Assembly: GCA_951406725.2 (NCBI GenBank)
Contig: OX597818.1
Coordinates: 36,456,001 to 36,520,000 of the forward strand
Origin: Octopus vulgaris
Lineage: Eukaryota
Direction: 5' to 3'
DNA length: 64,000 nucleotides
Shown: piece by piece, positions 44,564 to 59,125 of the stretch
How positions within the stretch are numbered: the first letter of the stretch is position 1
Layout of the letters: each line of letters opens with the position of its first letter
Translations under genes and position numbers: made by a program
Notes under the pieces: model-generated
Told to the model about the DNA's origin: nothing
The model's input: only the letters and a program-made list of their open reading frames with translations
Databases searched by the model: none

Positions 44564-45797
44564 GCGGCTTACTAACAATTTTACAACCTATGTATGCGTG
44601 TGTGTATCTAAATATATATACATATATATATATATATATACATACGTGTACATATATATATATATATATAAACATACACGCATAAAATTATAAGTATATA
44701 AATAAATGTATATATCATATATATATATGTATATATATGTGTGTGTGTTTGTGTGTCTACATAAAGTTGTTTTTGATTGAAAAAACTTATAATGCCATAT
44801 GAAAACAACCAGAATTACCTTTGATGTGATTTAATAATTCTTTATATTTCGCGTATGGTACTCATAAACAGAGGGAAAACTTTTCAAAACTATTCACCCG
44901 ATTAGTGGTCAACTTGTAATTAAAAGCCATATATGAAAAGGCTTCTTGTTTATCTCGTCCTCTGTGCTTCGACAAAAAGAACTTTTGAAGCTGAAAGGCA
45001 TGCTGGCTGAATTCTAGAGTTGGTTTCTCTTTCGAAGAATCCAAGTTCTCCTCCCTGCAATATCTAGGCATGCTCAAAGTTTTACTGCAAGAATTTCTAT
45101 AAAACTAAAAGTGTATTTTAAGTGTTGAATTTGCAGGCTTTTCATGAATGGTAGATATAGTGTATGTATAATCTTTCTCTTATATTTTTCTTTGTATATT
45201 GATGTCATGTGTGCAACTTATTTCCACTACGGAGCAAATTATTATTTTGTCATCCGAAATAACAATATCTGGTCACCTTGGTATGTGTTTTTATTCTTAT
45301 GTTTCACTAACATGTATTTGATCCATTTGTCATACGCTAATCATCTTTTTTACTTATATATTTTTCCTTTTATTCAATTCTAGATTCCTCTGGCTACCAT
45401 AGTATGTCTTCAGGAAATGTAGTATCTGGACATTTTTTCTCGCGTTTGGCAATGATGTGGATAGGTATGTATATAAAATTTTTATTACAATTTCTTGGTT
45501 AGCATGCACCATGATTTGGCTAACTGTTAGAGATACACCTGTTGTTGTAAGTAGATAAACGCCTCCCCACTGTTAACCCTGTACATAAGATGAATGCAAA
45601 AGTTGTGAAATGTGAGAGTAGAAGTTTCCACCACCACTAGACTGGTACCAAAGTTATTGACAACGAAGAATGATAGGTAAAAATGATTTCGGTCTGATTT
45701 GAACAAAGAATGCAAAAAGTAAGACGAAATATATCTAGTAATGCATTCAACCCAATTCCAAAATCTATGCTAAGGGAGAGGCGTCTATCTATCTATT

Positions 45798-45904
<107 letters not shown>

Positions 45905-46091
45905 TCTCTCCACATATATATATATATATATATATAGTATATGTATGGATATGTATATATTGTATATATGCATGGCCACAGCCTCAGGGCAGAAATATAT
46001 AAAAGAATATAAACATGTGTGTGTGTGTGCGTTTGTCTGTGTGATTGTGTGTAGATATATATACACACATGTATATATATATATTAATTGT

Positions 46092-46452
46092 GGGGGCGCA
46101 CTGCCCCAGTGGTTAGGGCAGTGAACTCGCGGTCATAGGATCGCGGTTTCGATTCCCAGAGCGGGCGTTGTGAGTGTTTATTGAGCGAAAGCACCTGAAA
46201 CCTCCACAACGCTCCGGCAGGGGTGGCGAACGCAACTTTCTCTCACACTTTCTTCCTGTTTCTGTTGTACCTGTATTTCAATGGGCCAGCCTATTCACAC
46301 TCTCTGTCACGCTGAATCCCCACCTCGTGAAATACGTTATAGGTACACGTGTCTGTGGAGTGCTCAGCCACTTGTACGTTAATTTCACGAGCAGGCTGTT
46401 CTGTTGATCTGATCAAGTGGAACCCTCCTCGTCGTAATCGGCGAAGGGCCAC
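46092..46452 (+). mobile_element. tRNA-derived SINE (third family)
   Basis: GGGGGCGCACTGCCCCAGTGGTTAGGGCAG...GGTTTCGATTCCC tRNA-like head followed by ~290-bp non-tRNA body. Confidence 0.7.
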
Positions 46453-46921
46453 GATGCATATTAATTGCTGGTAAGGCCAGAAATTTCGTTATACATTCAC
46501 TACATATTGCCTCTCATTTCCCTATAGAGATAATTTTTAAAAATGATATATATATATATATGTTAGTGTGTGTGTGTGTGTGTGTGTGTGTTTGTATGTG
46601 TGTGTATGTGTGTGTATGTGTGTGTGTGTATATATAGATATATAGATATATATACACACATATATATACATATGTATATATGTATATGTATACATATATA
46701 TATACATACATACATATAGATATAGATATATATACATGCTGTATATGTATATGTACACACATATATATATATATATATATACATACAAACAAATATGAAT
46801 AAATATATATACAAATGATATATAAAATCTATATATACGCAATACATATATATACATCATATTCATACACATATACATTATATGTATACATATATATGAG
46901 TGTGTATGTGTTCATGTACTT

Positions 46922-46977
<56 letters not shown>

Positions 46978-47048
46978 TGTGTGTGTGTGTGTGTGTCTGT
47001 GTTTGTGTACAAGATGTACACCGAAATAGATATATATTTTTATATACA

Positions 47049-47271
47049 AAGGCAGCGAGAGGTCGGAACCGTTTACACGCCGGTCAAAAATGCTTAGAGG
47101 CGTTTCGTCCGTCTTTACGCTCTGAGTTCAAATTCTGTCGAAGTCGACCATACCCTTCATCTTTTCGAGGTCCATAAAATAAGTACCAGTTGAGCACTGG
47201 GGTTGATGTAATCGACGACTGAAACCCTCGTCCGGCCGGAATTTGCTAGCCCTGTGCCAAAATTTGAAATC
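47049..47271 (+). mobile_element. Nin/Deu-like SINE
   Basis: CTGAGTTCAAATTC..AAGTACCAGTTGAGCACTGGGG..GTGCCAAAATTTGAAA. Confidence 0.8.
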
Positions 47272-48133
47272 AGTATTTGTATATACGTATATGAGTGTAT
47301 GTACACATGTATGTGTAGATACATATATGTGTTTTTAAGTAAATATCTTTATGTACCTATATACGTGTGTATGTGGAGAGACAGACAGACAGACAGATGA
47401 CTTTATATAACACATTAGAAACTCGGAATACGATATAATCCTTTAGGGTCTTTAGTGGTTATAATAAGTATATGGTGTTGAGTGGAAATGGCGTTTATGG
47501 TCCTGGCAATGAAACATAGTGGTGATGTGTCGTGTCTATGTTTTTCTCATGGAATCGGTGTTGGTAGTGGTGATGACAGCGGTGGTAGTGATGGCGGTGT
47601 TGGTGGTGGATGTGACCGTAAATAAAAAGTGGTAAAACGAAAAATCCTTGCAAGTAGGGTCTTTGGCACAATGTGATGTGTGGGTGCCTTGCTGGAGTAA
47701 CAGAAAATACAAGGGAGTGAATATATACAAAAATATACATACACACATATGAATGTACGTATATGTGTAAGTATGTACCTAGACACTATCACACACTTTC
47801 CTCCACACAGGTATCTGTGTGTGCGTGTGTGTGTGTGTGCACCTGCATATACATGCACACGTATACATACGTGTGCCTGTGATTTTTGTGTTTACATAAA
47901 CGTAATAGCTATCCATATTAAACATACACAGAATGGAACATACGCACCTACACATTCATACCCTACACATACAGAGGCTCACATATACACACACACACAC
48001 ACACAGACGCACACACACACACATAATTGTATCCCTTCATCTACTTTATTTAGATAAGAGTATGTTCTTGGGTGTATATGCCATAGCCAACAAACAGTGC
48101 CTACTCAGAGATGTATAATACATGTGTGTGTAT

Positions 48134-48182
<49 letters not shown>

Positions 48183-49202
48183 GCACACATCAAAACACAC
48201 ATACACATACACACACACATACATATATATGGTAATATATATGTGTGTTTGTGTATCTTTATATATCTTTGTATGTGTAAATATTTATGTAATGAATATA
48301 AATATATATATATATATATACACATATATACACACGCACACACACATACATATGCACACACACACACATATATATATAGGTATACACAGATGCATAATGC
48401 TCACATATATAAACATATAATGCTCAAGCGCACACACGCACACTCACTCACACACACACATAAACACATATATTTGTGTGTGTTTGTGTGTGTGTGTGTG
48501 TGTCAGTGTGTCTGTGTGTCTGTGTGTCTGTGTGTGTGTACTTATCAGGACCAAAAAATACACCGACCCAATGAAACAACTCTAAGACGAACATTTTGCG
48601 CAGTTAGTTTCTAAATTTGTAGATATATGCACTATGTCAAAATAACAATTTTTGAGAACATTCTAGAAAGGGCCATATGTGTATGAGATAATTTAAAGGA
48701 GAAAGATGATTCGTTCATGAAGAGTGGATTTTATAAGTGGAGGGTGGGCTAGGGAGTGTCGGCCGCTACGAAATTTCGTTCATGTGTAGGCGATTGATAT
48801 ACAGTAATAAAATCAATGAAGTGAAGCTGTTGCTAAGTGAAACAATTGAACTGACTAAGGAAAGAAGGCAGTGAGAGATACAGGGAGGCCTGTAGATAGT
48901 TTGATGGTTTCAAATCTGCCTTCCGTCTGGCTCTGCCTCCGTGGGACAATATTACCCGTCCGCCATGTATTAGAGATTTATGAACGGTGGTCGTGATGGT
49001 GTTGGTGGTGTTTGACGTTGTTTGTTGCTTATATTACTTCTTCTGCTATGTTGTTTATGTGGTGGTGGTAGTGGTGGTGGTGGTGGTGGTGGTGGTGGTG
49101 GTGGTGGTGGTTATGGTGGTGGTGGTGGTGGTGGTGTTTATTTTTGTTGTACTTTAGTCTTACTTAAAATCAAGTAAAGAACACGAACGTTCATAATAAT
49201 AC

Positions 49203-49430
49203 CCATTTCTTTATTACCCACAAGGGGCTAAACATAGAGGGGACAAACAAGGACAGACATAGGTATTAAGTCAAGTACATCGACCCCAGTGCGTAACTGG
49301 TACTTAATTTATCGACCCCGAAAGGATGAAAGGCAAAGTCGACCTTCGCGGAATTTGAACTCACAACGTATCAACAGACGAAATACGGCTACGCATTTCG
49401 CCCGGCGTGCTAACGTTTCTGTCAGCAGCC
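49203..49430 (-). mobile_element. Nin/Deu-like SINE, long-tail subtype
   Basis: Reverse complement of 730-966. Confidence 0.85.
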
Positions 49431-49749
49431 GTAGCCACCACGTCATTTTATTCTCTCAAATAAAGGGACCACCATTTTCTGCTTGTTTTGCTTTGTTTTT
49501 GATTTTTGTAAAAAGAATGTAGGGTATTATTTGAGAGAGATTCAAATTATATTTCTAACAAATCCGGTTGTTCTTAATGGAATGCGATCCTTTGTAAAGC
49601 GATGGTGTGGGGATTTATAATAATAGATTATGCAGTGCAGTGTGTTTTGTTGGGATTCAGTGGAGTTTGGTGTTAAGAACTCTAGTTGTGAAATGTAGTG
49701 AAACTGTATAGATATAATGTAAAGGTAGGCTGGGGTATACGGTGATAAA

Positions 49750-49980
49750 AGGCGGCGAGCTGGCAGAAACGTTAGCGTGCCGGGTGAAATGCTTAGCGAT
49801 ATTTCAGCTGCCGTTTTGTTCTGAGTTCAAATTCCGCCGAGGTCGACTTTGCCTTTCATTCTTTCGGGGTTGATGAATAAAGTACCAGTTACGCACTGGG
49901 GCCGACATAATCGACTTAATCCCTTTGTCTGTCCTTGTTTGTCCCCTCTATGTCTAGCCACTTGTGGGCAATAAAGAAAT
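49750..49980 (+). mobile_element. Nin/Deu-like SINE, long-tail subtype
   Basis: Near-identical layout to 730-966. Confidence 0.85.
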
Positions 49981-50119
49981 TTATACGGTGATAAGGATAT
50001 GGTATGGAATGGTAGACTGTGATGAACTGATGGAGGTGTATTCAAATGTAGTGGATTATAGTGGACGATGAGAACTGTAGTAACTTTGGTGGACTGTTTT
50101 AGATAGTACACGGTGGACT

Positions 50120-50537
50120 GAGATCGACAGAGGTGGACTTTAGTGAGGTAGACTCTGGTGGGATGGTAGTGAATTGTTCTGGACAATATTGGACTAAGGA
50201 CGACAGCAGTTAGGTAGTTTGTGGTGGACTATGGTGTGGGGCATTGTGAACGACTGTGGTGCGGTACATTTTGATGGACTGTAGTGAACAGCGGTGAAAT
50301 GTGGAGCCAAATGTGCGCTGTAATAGATGAGATCAACAGAGGTGGACTTTAGTGAGGTGGACCTTGTTGGGATGGTGGTGAATTGTTCTGGACAATATTG
50401 GACAAAGGACGACAGCAGTGAGATAATTTGTGGTAGACTATGGTGTGGGACATTGTGAACGATTGTAGTGCGGTACATTTTGATGGACTGTAGTGAACAA
50501 CGGTGAAATGTGGAGCCAAATGTGTGCAGTAATAGAT
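50120..50537 (+). repeat. Tandem duplication, 2 x ~210 bp
   Basis: GAGATC(G/A)ACAGAGGTGGACTTTAGTGAGGT at 50120 and 50330; colinear to GTAATAGATGA. Confidence 0.9.
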
Positions 50538-51105
50538 GAAGATGGATTGAAATGTTGACTGTAATGAAGTGGATTGATAAACTGTATTTCATGTTGAGAT
50601 ACTGGGGTAACTATCATGGACTATGCTGTACTGAACCTTGATGCGTTGTACTGAGTTGTGGTGTAATATGATGACTGGTGCAGCGTGTTCATGAGCGATT
50701 ATAATATGGTGGATTGTGGTGTAATTGAGAATGTAGTTGTGTGGGAGACTATTACAGTCCCTCGCCATGGGCTGATAGAATGTAATAGTCTCTGACATCG
50801 TGGACTATGTTCTGGAAGGTAGTAGTGGACTGCAGTGTTAAGAACAATAGTGGAGTATCACTATGAAAACGATGATGGACTGTGGAGATATATAAAATAG
50901 AATGGTCGTATATGGAAAATTATAGGAGAGGACAAAGATGAAGTATGCTGGATATAGGGGATAGTTTTGTGATCAAAAGTACTGGACAATACGAGACAGT
51001 GCAGAATGTGTAGTAACTGTGGTGGGCTGTTTAGAGTGTGTGATGCAGTTGACAACAGTATGATGGAATGTGTTGTGTTGCACTATTGGGTAGTTTGTGT
51101 AGTCT

Positions 51106-53511
51106 ATTTTCATTTCATTTTTTCCCTTCATTTTTTTCATCTCTTTTGATTTTTACTCTTTCACCTTTTCCTCACTTTTCATTTTTAACCCTTCACGTTT
51201 TCATCTCTTTTCATTTTCTCCCCTTCACTTTTTCATCTCTTTTCCTTTTTACCCCTTCACTTTTTCATCTCTTTTAATTTTCTCCCCTTCACTTTTTCAT
51301 CTCTTTTCATTTTTACACCTTCACTTTTTCATCTCTTTTAATTTTCTCCCCTTCACTTTTTCATCTCTTTTAATTTTTACCCCTTCACTTTTTCATCTCT
51401 TTTCATTTTTACACCTTCACTTTTTCATCTCTTTTCATTTTCTCCCCTTCATTTTTTCATCTCTTTTAATTTTCTCCCCTTCACTTTTTCATCTCTTTTA
51501 ATTTTCTCCCCTTCACTTTTTCATCTCTTTTCATTTTCTCCTTCACTTTTTCATCTCTGTTCATTTTCTCCCCTTCAGTTTTTCATCTCTTTTCATTTTC
51601 TCCCCTTCACTTTTTCATCTCTTTTCATCTTCTCCCCTTCACTTTTTCATCTCTTTTCCTTTTTACCCTTTCCGTTTTTCATCTCTTTTCATTTTCTCCC
51701 CTTCACTTTTTCATCTCTTTTCATTTTTACACCTTCACTTTTTCATCTCTTTTCATTTTCTCCCCTTCACTTTTTCATCTCTTTTCATTTTTACCCCTTC
51801 ACTTTTTCATCTCTTTTCATTTTCTCCCCTTCACTTTTTCATCTCTTTTCATTTTTCTCCCCTTCACTTTTTCTTCTCTTTTCATTTTCTCCCCTTCACT
51901 TTTTCATCTCTTTTCATTTTTACACCTTCACTTTTTCATCTCTTTTCATTTTCTCCCCTTCACTTTTTCATCTCTTTTCATTTTTACCCCTTCACTTTTT
52001 CATCTCTTTTCATTTTCTCCCCTTCACTTTTTCATCTCTTTTCATTTTCTACCCTTCACTTTTTCATCTCTTTTTATTTTTACCCCTTCACTTTTTCATC
52101 TCTTTTCATTTTTACCACTTCACTTTTTCATCTCTTTTCATTTTCTCCCCTTCACTTTTTCATCTCTTTTCATTTTCTCCCCTTCACTTTTTCATCTCTT
52201 TTCATTTTCTCCCCTTCACTTTTCCATCTCTTTTCATTTTTCTCCCCTTCACTTTTTCTTCTCTTTTCATTTTCTCCCCTTCACTTTTTCATCTCTTTTC
52301 ATTTTCTACCCTTCACTTTTTCATCTCTTTTTATTTTTACCCCTTCACTTTTTCATCTCTTTTCATTTTTACCCCTTCACTTTTTCATCTCTTTTCATTT
52401 TCTCCCCTTCACTTTTTCATCTCTTTTCATTTTTACCCCTTCACTTTTTCATCTCTTTTCATTTTCTCCCCTTCACTTTTTCATCTCTTTTCATTTTTAC
52501 CCCTTCACTTTTCATCTCTTTTCATTTTCTCCCCTTCACTTTTTCATCTCTTTTCATTTTTACCCCTTCACTTTTTCATCTCTTTTCATTTTCTCCCCTT
52601 CACTTTTTCATCTCTTTTCATTTTCTCCCCTTCACTTTTTCATCTCTTTTCATTTTCTCCCCTTCACTTTTTCATCTCTTTTCATTTTTCTCCCCTTCAC
52701 TTTTTCTTCTCTTTTCATTTTCTCCCCTTCACTTTTTCATCTCTTTTCATTTTCTACCCTTCATTTTTTCATCTCTTTTCATTTTCTCCCCTTCACTTTT
52801 TCATCTCTTTTCATTTTCTACCCTTCACTTTTTCATCTCTTTTTATTTTTACCCCTTCACTTTTTCATCTCTTTTCATTTTCACCCCTTTACTTTTTCAT
52901 CTCTTTTCATTTTCTCCCCTTCACTTTTTCATCTCTTTTCATTTTCTACCCTTCACTTTTTCATCTCTTTTCATTTTCTCCACTTCACTTTTTCATCTCT
53001 TTTCATTTTCTCCCCTTCACCTTTTCATCCCTTTTCATTTTTACCCCTTCACTTTTTCATCTCTTTTCGTTTTCTCCCCTTCACTTTTTCATCTCTTTTC
53101 ATTTTTACCCCTTCATTTTTTCATCTCTTTTAATTTTCTCCCCTTCACTTTTTCATCTCTTTTCATTTTCTACCCTTCACTTTTCATCTCTTTTCATTTT
53201 TACCCCTTCACTTTTTCATCTTTTTTCATTTTTACCCCTTCATTTTTTCATCTCCTTTCATTTTCTCCCCTTCACTTTTTCATCTCTTTTCATTTTTACC
53301 CTTTCACTTTTTCATCACTTTTCACTTTTTCCTCTCTTTTCATTTTTACCCCTTCACTTTTTCATCTCTTTTCATTTTCTCCCCTTCACTTTTTCATCTC
53401 TTTTCATTTTTACCCCTTCACTTTTTCATCTCTTTTCATTTTCTCCCCTTCACTTTTTCATCTCTTTTCATTTTTTCACCTTCATTTTTTTCATCTTTTC
53501 ATTTTTTCACC
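51106..53511 (+). repeat. 32-bp tandem satellite, roughly 75 units
   Basis: Unit CCCCTTCACTTTTTCATCTCTTTTCATTTT(CT/TA); period 32 (e.g. 52381 to 52413). Confidence 0.95.
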
Positions 53512-54259
53512 TCTCTGGTTCATAAGTACTTTTAACTTTTCTTAACTTAACTTCCCCCGATTAATTCAGATACGATATTTCACCCTCCTATTTTTACTTT
53601 CTCAACCACATTTCACAACATCATAGTCCACTAGAGTTCTTAACACCAAACTCTACTGAATCTCACCAAAATACACTACTCTGCATAATCTATTAAGCTA
53701 CGACATGTCACATCTCACTCAACAACATATATTGTATAACTCCAGGATATGCTTTCTCAATCCACCACAGTGAAGATTATCATCACACAACGTACCACGC
53801 CACTTTAACCTGTCACAATCCATTAACATTTCTTCGCACTGTAATTTGCTAAACATTTCACTGCATCATGTGATAGTCGATCACTGTCCTCACCATTTTA
53901 CCACACTACGTTCGAACACAACGCCCTCCATTATTTCCCCACAATGCACCGCACTACAACCGCAAACCTCGATTGTTCAGCAAGTGACAGTCCAACACTG
54001 TCTAGTTGAACAAAACCCACCACAGTTTACATATACCACTATCGTCCACCAAAGCATAGTTCTCGACTGCCCAGCACAATCTATCATTGTCCATCATAGT
54101 CCACAAACGAGTATTCTTCACAGCCCGAGAACCCGCATTTCAGCAAAAGGTCACTGTCAACGCTGCTCTGTCAGACCGCAGTCCACCACATGGTACTACT
54201 AACGGCGTTACCCTGTTGTCTTGCTCTACTAGAGCAATATACTCTAATGTTGTACAAAT

Positions 54260-57200
54260 ATTGAGCAGTGGTGTGGTCTAATGCAGTGCAATGCTCTCTG
54301 CTGGACATTTGGGAAATTGTGAACTGTGTTCTTTGGAACTGTGGTGCAATCTGGTGTGGTGGGGATATCGTAAAATGTTGTGGAGCGTTATGTGATAGTT
54401 GGTGCTTGGTGAACTGTGCTGTGCAGGATTGTAGTATAGGTCTAAGTAGGCATGTGGTATGGCAGTGTAGGATTTATTATAATGTGGTGTGAAGGAGTAG
54501 GGTGGAATAGTGTGGTGTTATTACGTGTTTAAGACGTACGTACGCCGAAAAAATACTTAGCAGCATTTCGTCTGTCTTTACGTTCTGAGTTCAAATTTCG
54601 CCGAGGTCGACTTACTCGTTATCCTTTCGGAGTCGATAAAATAAATACCGACCGAGTGATGGGGTTGATGTAATCAACTTACCCGTCCCATGAACTTGCT
54701 ACCCTTATGCCAAATTTTGAAACCGGTTGTGATGTGGTAGGCTGTGGTACACTCTATTGTGATAAATTATGTAATATATTCATAGGATGTTGTGGGATGG
54801 GGTGGCGACAAGGACCGTGTTTTGGATGTGGTTGAGATTCTGGAGGAATTCTGTGTATCATGCTGTTGGTGATTGTTTATAGAAGCTTATTATTTTGGTG
54901 GCGTGGTAGAGTGAGATATGGTTTTGTGTGGCGTGGTGCTAAGTGTTGAGAAAAGACTGAGGGGCAGTAGAGAGCGAAGGTGGTGATACCTATAGTTGAG
55001 GAATGTGGTGTTGCGGACTGCTGTATTTAGTACTTCGTGTTAGACTGTAATGTAACGTGACAGACTATTGTATACTGGTGTGTGATAACATTTAGTGGTG
55101 TTGAACAGTTGATGCAGTGTGAAGGACTTGTGTAGATTTTGTGACCTGGGGTATATAGACTTTCGTACTCTGGATTGTGATGTGGTAGGCTGTGGTACAC
55201 TCTATTGTGATACATTATGTAATATATTCATAGGATGTTGTGGGATGGGGTGGCGACAACGGCCGTGTTTTGGATGTGGTGGAGATTCTGGAGGAATTCT
55301 ATGTATCATGCTGTTGGAGACTGAGGTTGTTTGTAGTAGTTTGTGGTGTAGTGAACGTGGGTGTGTTGATAGGGTCGTCTACAGTAGAGAGTGATGCGGT
55401 TTACTACGGTATGGTGGGCTATAGTGGAATGCTGTAGATTCTGATTTTATAAAATATGCCGTTCTGTGGTATAGCGAAACGTGGTATGGTGCAGTTTTAG
55501 ATAGTAGTGGTCTGTATGTTGCTGGAATCTGGTATAGTGGACAACATTTTGAATACGTTGTCTTAGATTGCTGTGAGTGGTGTGTTGGACTCCTGTATGG
55601 AAGATTGTCGTTGGCTGTGATAGCCTTGACTGCGAAAGACTGTAATGTATTGTGGACTGTAGTGGATTTGGATGGACTTGGGTAGACGGTGGGAGACTTT
55701 AGTGAATGGTAAAGGAAGTTTTGTCTTAGAGAATGCTCTTGTGGACTGGGGTAGGCTTTGGTATTCGTTGGACCGCAGTAGACAGTGAGTTGGTTGAATT
55801 TTGTGATTTGCACAGTGTTAGTATAGAACGTGGTGAAATGTGGTATAGTGGACATTAGCTGACTGTGTGAGATGAACTATACTGGACTGCGGTATGGTCG
55901 ACTCTGGCGGATTGTAGTTTAGTGAGCCGTTGTGTACTGGGTTGTTGGAGACTCTTGTGAACAGTGATAGGGTGGTCCGTGGTAATGGTGAATATTGTTT
56001 ATTGTACGTTCATTGACTTTAATAAACTCCGTTGTTTAACTATGGTGGAAGGAACTGTGCTGATGAAGTCAATGGGCGCTGAACTTCGTTTGGTGGACTG
56101 TGATAGATTGTTGTGAAGTTTGATGTGTTGGAACTGTGATGGATATTTTGTACACTGTAGAGAAATGGACCGTAGAGTACTGTGGTGAACCAGTGTGGTT
56201 GATAGTGGTTTAGTAAACCATGATGTGGTGTCTTGTGCTGTGGTAGACTATAGTATAGTGCATAATGTGTAGGAGTGTAGGGTTGATAATGGGATGCTGC
56301 TCTTCTGAACAGTAGTGCAATGTGGTGGCCAAGAGTGTATTGTGTTGAACAGTGGATACTGTGTTAGATAGAATATATGATGGACAGGATGTGCTGTTGG
56401 GAAAAGTGGTGCAGTGGAGGACAGTGAGTGCTGTGGGTGACAGTTGCGAATTATGCTGTACAGTGTGAATCACTGTGATAGACAGAAAATGCTGAGGGGC
56501 CAGAGGTGAATTGTGGTGGCTAGTGGGGTGCTGTTCTGGTGGATAGCAGGTGCTGTGGTCAACAGTGAGCGCCGTTGGGTCAGTGAGACGCAGTGGAGTA
56601 AGAACGGGGAGCAGTGAGATACAGTAGGAGACAGTGGGGGCGTGAGGGTCAGTAGGTGCTCTGGGGTAGGGGTGCTGTATGGGAGAGTGGTGAGATATGG
56701 TTGACTATGGGATGCTGCAGGAGTGGAAAGTGTGGCCAAAGGTGGATTGTTGGGCAAAATGTGAACGGTGAGGCCAAAGGTGGTTAGTGGGGCCGAAGAT
56801 GCACAGTGAGGCCAAAGGTACACAGTAGGGGCAAAGGTGCTCAGTAGGGGGCAAGGGTGCACAGTGGTTCAATATGATGGATAGTGGAGTGTTCTGGAGA
56901 GAGTAGTGTGCTATATCGGACAATGGGTTATTACTCTGGAGGACAACAGGGTAATGTGGTGGACAGTAGGATGCTTCTCTTGCAAAAGTACTGCATATGA
57001 TGCACAGTGGATACTGTGAGGAACAATTTTGCATTAAGGTGCACAGTGGGATACTGTTGGGTCAGAGTTGCATAGTGGTGGACAGTGGGGTGCTGTTCTG
57101 GTGAATAGTGGGTTCTGTGGTTGACGGTGGGTGCTGTGGGGCCAGTGGGATGCAGTGGGGTAATAGTTGAGTGCAGTGGGGTAATAGGGGAAGGTTGGGG

Positions 57201-59125
57201 ACAGTGGAGTGTTGTGGGAGACAGTGGGGGATAGTGGCTTACAGTGGGAGACAGTTGATAGTGGGTATTGTAGGGAGGGGACAGTGGGAAATAGGTAGAG
57301 ACAGTGAGGGACAGTGGCTTACAGTGCAAGACAGTGGCTACACTGGCGGATAGTGGGTGCTATGGGGGGTCTGTGAGTGCTGTAGGGGGACAGTGAGTGC
57401 TATGAGGAATCGAACAGTGCAATGGGGACAATGGAATACAGGTAGAGTCAGTGAAGCACAGTGGCTTCCAGTGCCCTGGGGGTAACGGGTGCTGTGGGGA
57501 TACTGTGGGTACTGTATGGGACAGTGGGTGCTATGAGGAGTAGTGCATTGCAATGGGGATAGTGGGAGACAGTGAAGTGTAATGGGAGGCAGTGGAGGCA
57601 TGGGAAACAGTGGGTGGTCTGGAAGACTTGTGAAATGTGGTGGCTCATGGGATGCTGCTCTTGTAGACAATAGTGAACTGGCGGACAGTGATGATGAAGG
57701 TGGGAAGTTGTGCAATATGATGTGTAATGGGATGCAGTGGGGCGAGCATAATGTTGTGGTCGACAGTGGTGCGCCTTGGCGAACGTGTTGTGTGGAATAT
57801 TGGTACACTGTGTTGGAGAGCGACATGATGTGATAAAGAGTAGTGGACGGCGGTGGACTGCAGGCTGATGTGGCAGACTGGCGAAATGTGGTGGGCAATA
57901 GGTGTTGCGGAGGACAGTGGGGGCTGTGGGTTCTGTCCGGGACAGTGAGGTACAATTGGGGAAAATGGGTTGTATAGGAGTGATGGGTTCTTTGAGGGAT
58001 TGTGCGAGTTGTGGAGTGCTGAGGTAAATAGTTTTTGACAGTTAGTTAATGTGACAGACTGGTGAACTGTGATAAACAATGGGTACTGAGCAGGTCAGGG
58101 GAAGCAGTGGGAGACAGTAGGCGATAATGGGGACAGAAGGTGAAAATGGGGAGTGTAGGCGACAATGGGAACAGCGGGCGACAAAGGGGACAATGAGGTC
58201 CATTACATGACAATGGGTCGAGCATGGACAATGTTATCCAGAGGGGGCAATGGGGTGCAGTAGGGTTGGTGAGTGTTTTGAGGGGCAGTGGGCTTTGTAG
58301 GGATAAGCGGTGGAATGTGGGGGACCGTGAGATGCCGCTCTGATGGACAATGGTAGAATGTGGTGGACATTAAGTACTGAGGTGGTCAGTAGTGCAATGT
58401 GATGAACGTGCTGTAAGGAGAATGATGTTATTAGGGGATAGTAGGTTCTGTGTGAGACAGCAGGGCATTTGAGAGTTTGGTGGTGCACTGGGTCAGGGAG
58501 TGGAGTGCTATGATAAACAGTCATAAACAGTGGTGGACAGATACTTAATGTGGTGGACTAGTAAACTGTGGCGGACAATTTGTGCTGAGGGGGACAATGG
58601 GTGCAATAGGGGACAGTGAGATCCATTAGGGGTCAATAGGGTCCAGGAAGTGGCAGTGGGTGGAGTGAGTGGGGTTGGTGTGTGCTTTGAGGGATAGTAG
58701 GTATTGTGGTGGACAGTGGTGGAATGTGGTAGGCAGTGAGTTCTGTAGTGGACGGTGGGTACCGTGGTGGACTTGCTGTGAGGACAGTAGGGTACTGTGG
58801 TGGACAGTAACATGCTGTGTGCAACGTGAGGGACAGAGAGTCATTAGAGGACAGTAGGTGCTGTGTGCGACAGTGGATCCTTTGGGACATAGTGGTGTAC
58901 CAAGGTGGATAGTTTGGTTGATGTAGGAAACAGCTGATGCACTGTAGTGGTCAGTGTGTACTATGGGGTACTGACGAGAATAGTGAGTGCTGTAGGAACA
59001 GTGATGCTCTGTGGTGGACAGTGGGTGGTGTGGTGTGGTGTGGTGTGGTAGAGCCTGGTGGACATTGTCGTTTGGTAGGAATTATGTGAAGCTATAGAGA
59101 ACTGTGTGGGTAAGTTGAATATAGT
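54260..59125 (+). repeat. G/T-skewed degenerate low-complexity domain (GGACAGTG, GTGCTGTG, GTGGTG motifs), with a SINE at 54540-54724 and a duplication 54727-54872 / 55175-55322
   Basis: Direct reading; similar composition at 49600-51100 and 61890-62290. Confidence 0.75.

Noticed and set aside
44862-45077. 71-aa ORF in unique-looking sequence, possible exon
   Set aside because: No recognisable domain or convincing splice context.
48700-49000. Non-repetitive island with Hox/Pbx-like words (GATTGAT, GATTTATG), possible enhancer; similar at about 5980
   Set aside because: Short motifs are expected by chance; cross-species conservation data are needed.
51106-53511. 32-bp period reminiscent of a CRISPR repeat
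   Set aside because: Units are contiguous with no unique spacers, no cas genes, eukaryotic context.
56470-58890. His/Pro/Cys-rich minus-strand ORFs as a structural protein gene
   Set aside because: Short overlapping ORFs in several frames are expected from C/A-rich, stop-poor sequence; no consistent frame or splice signals.
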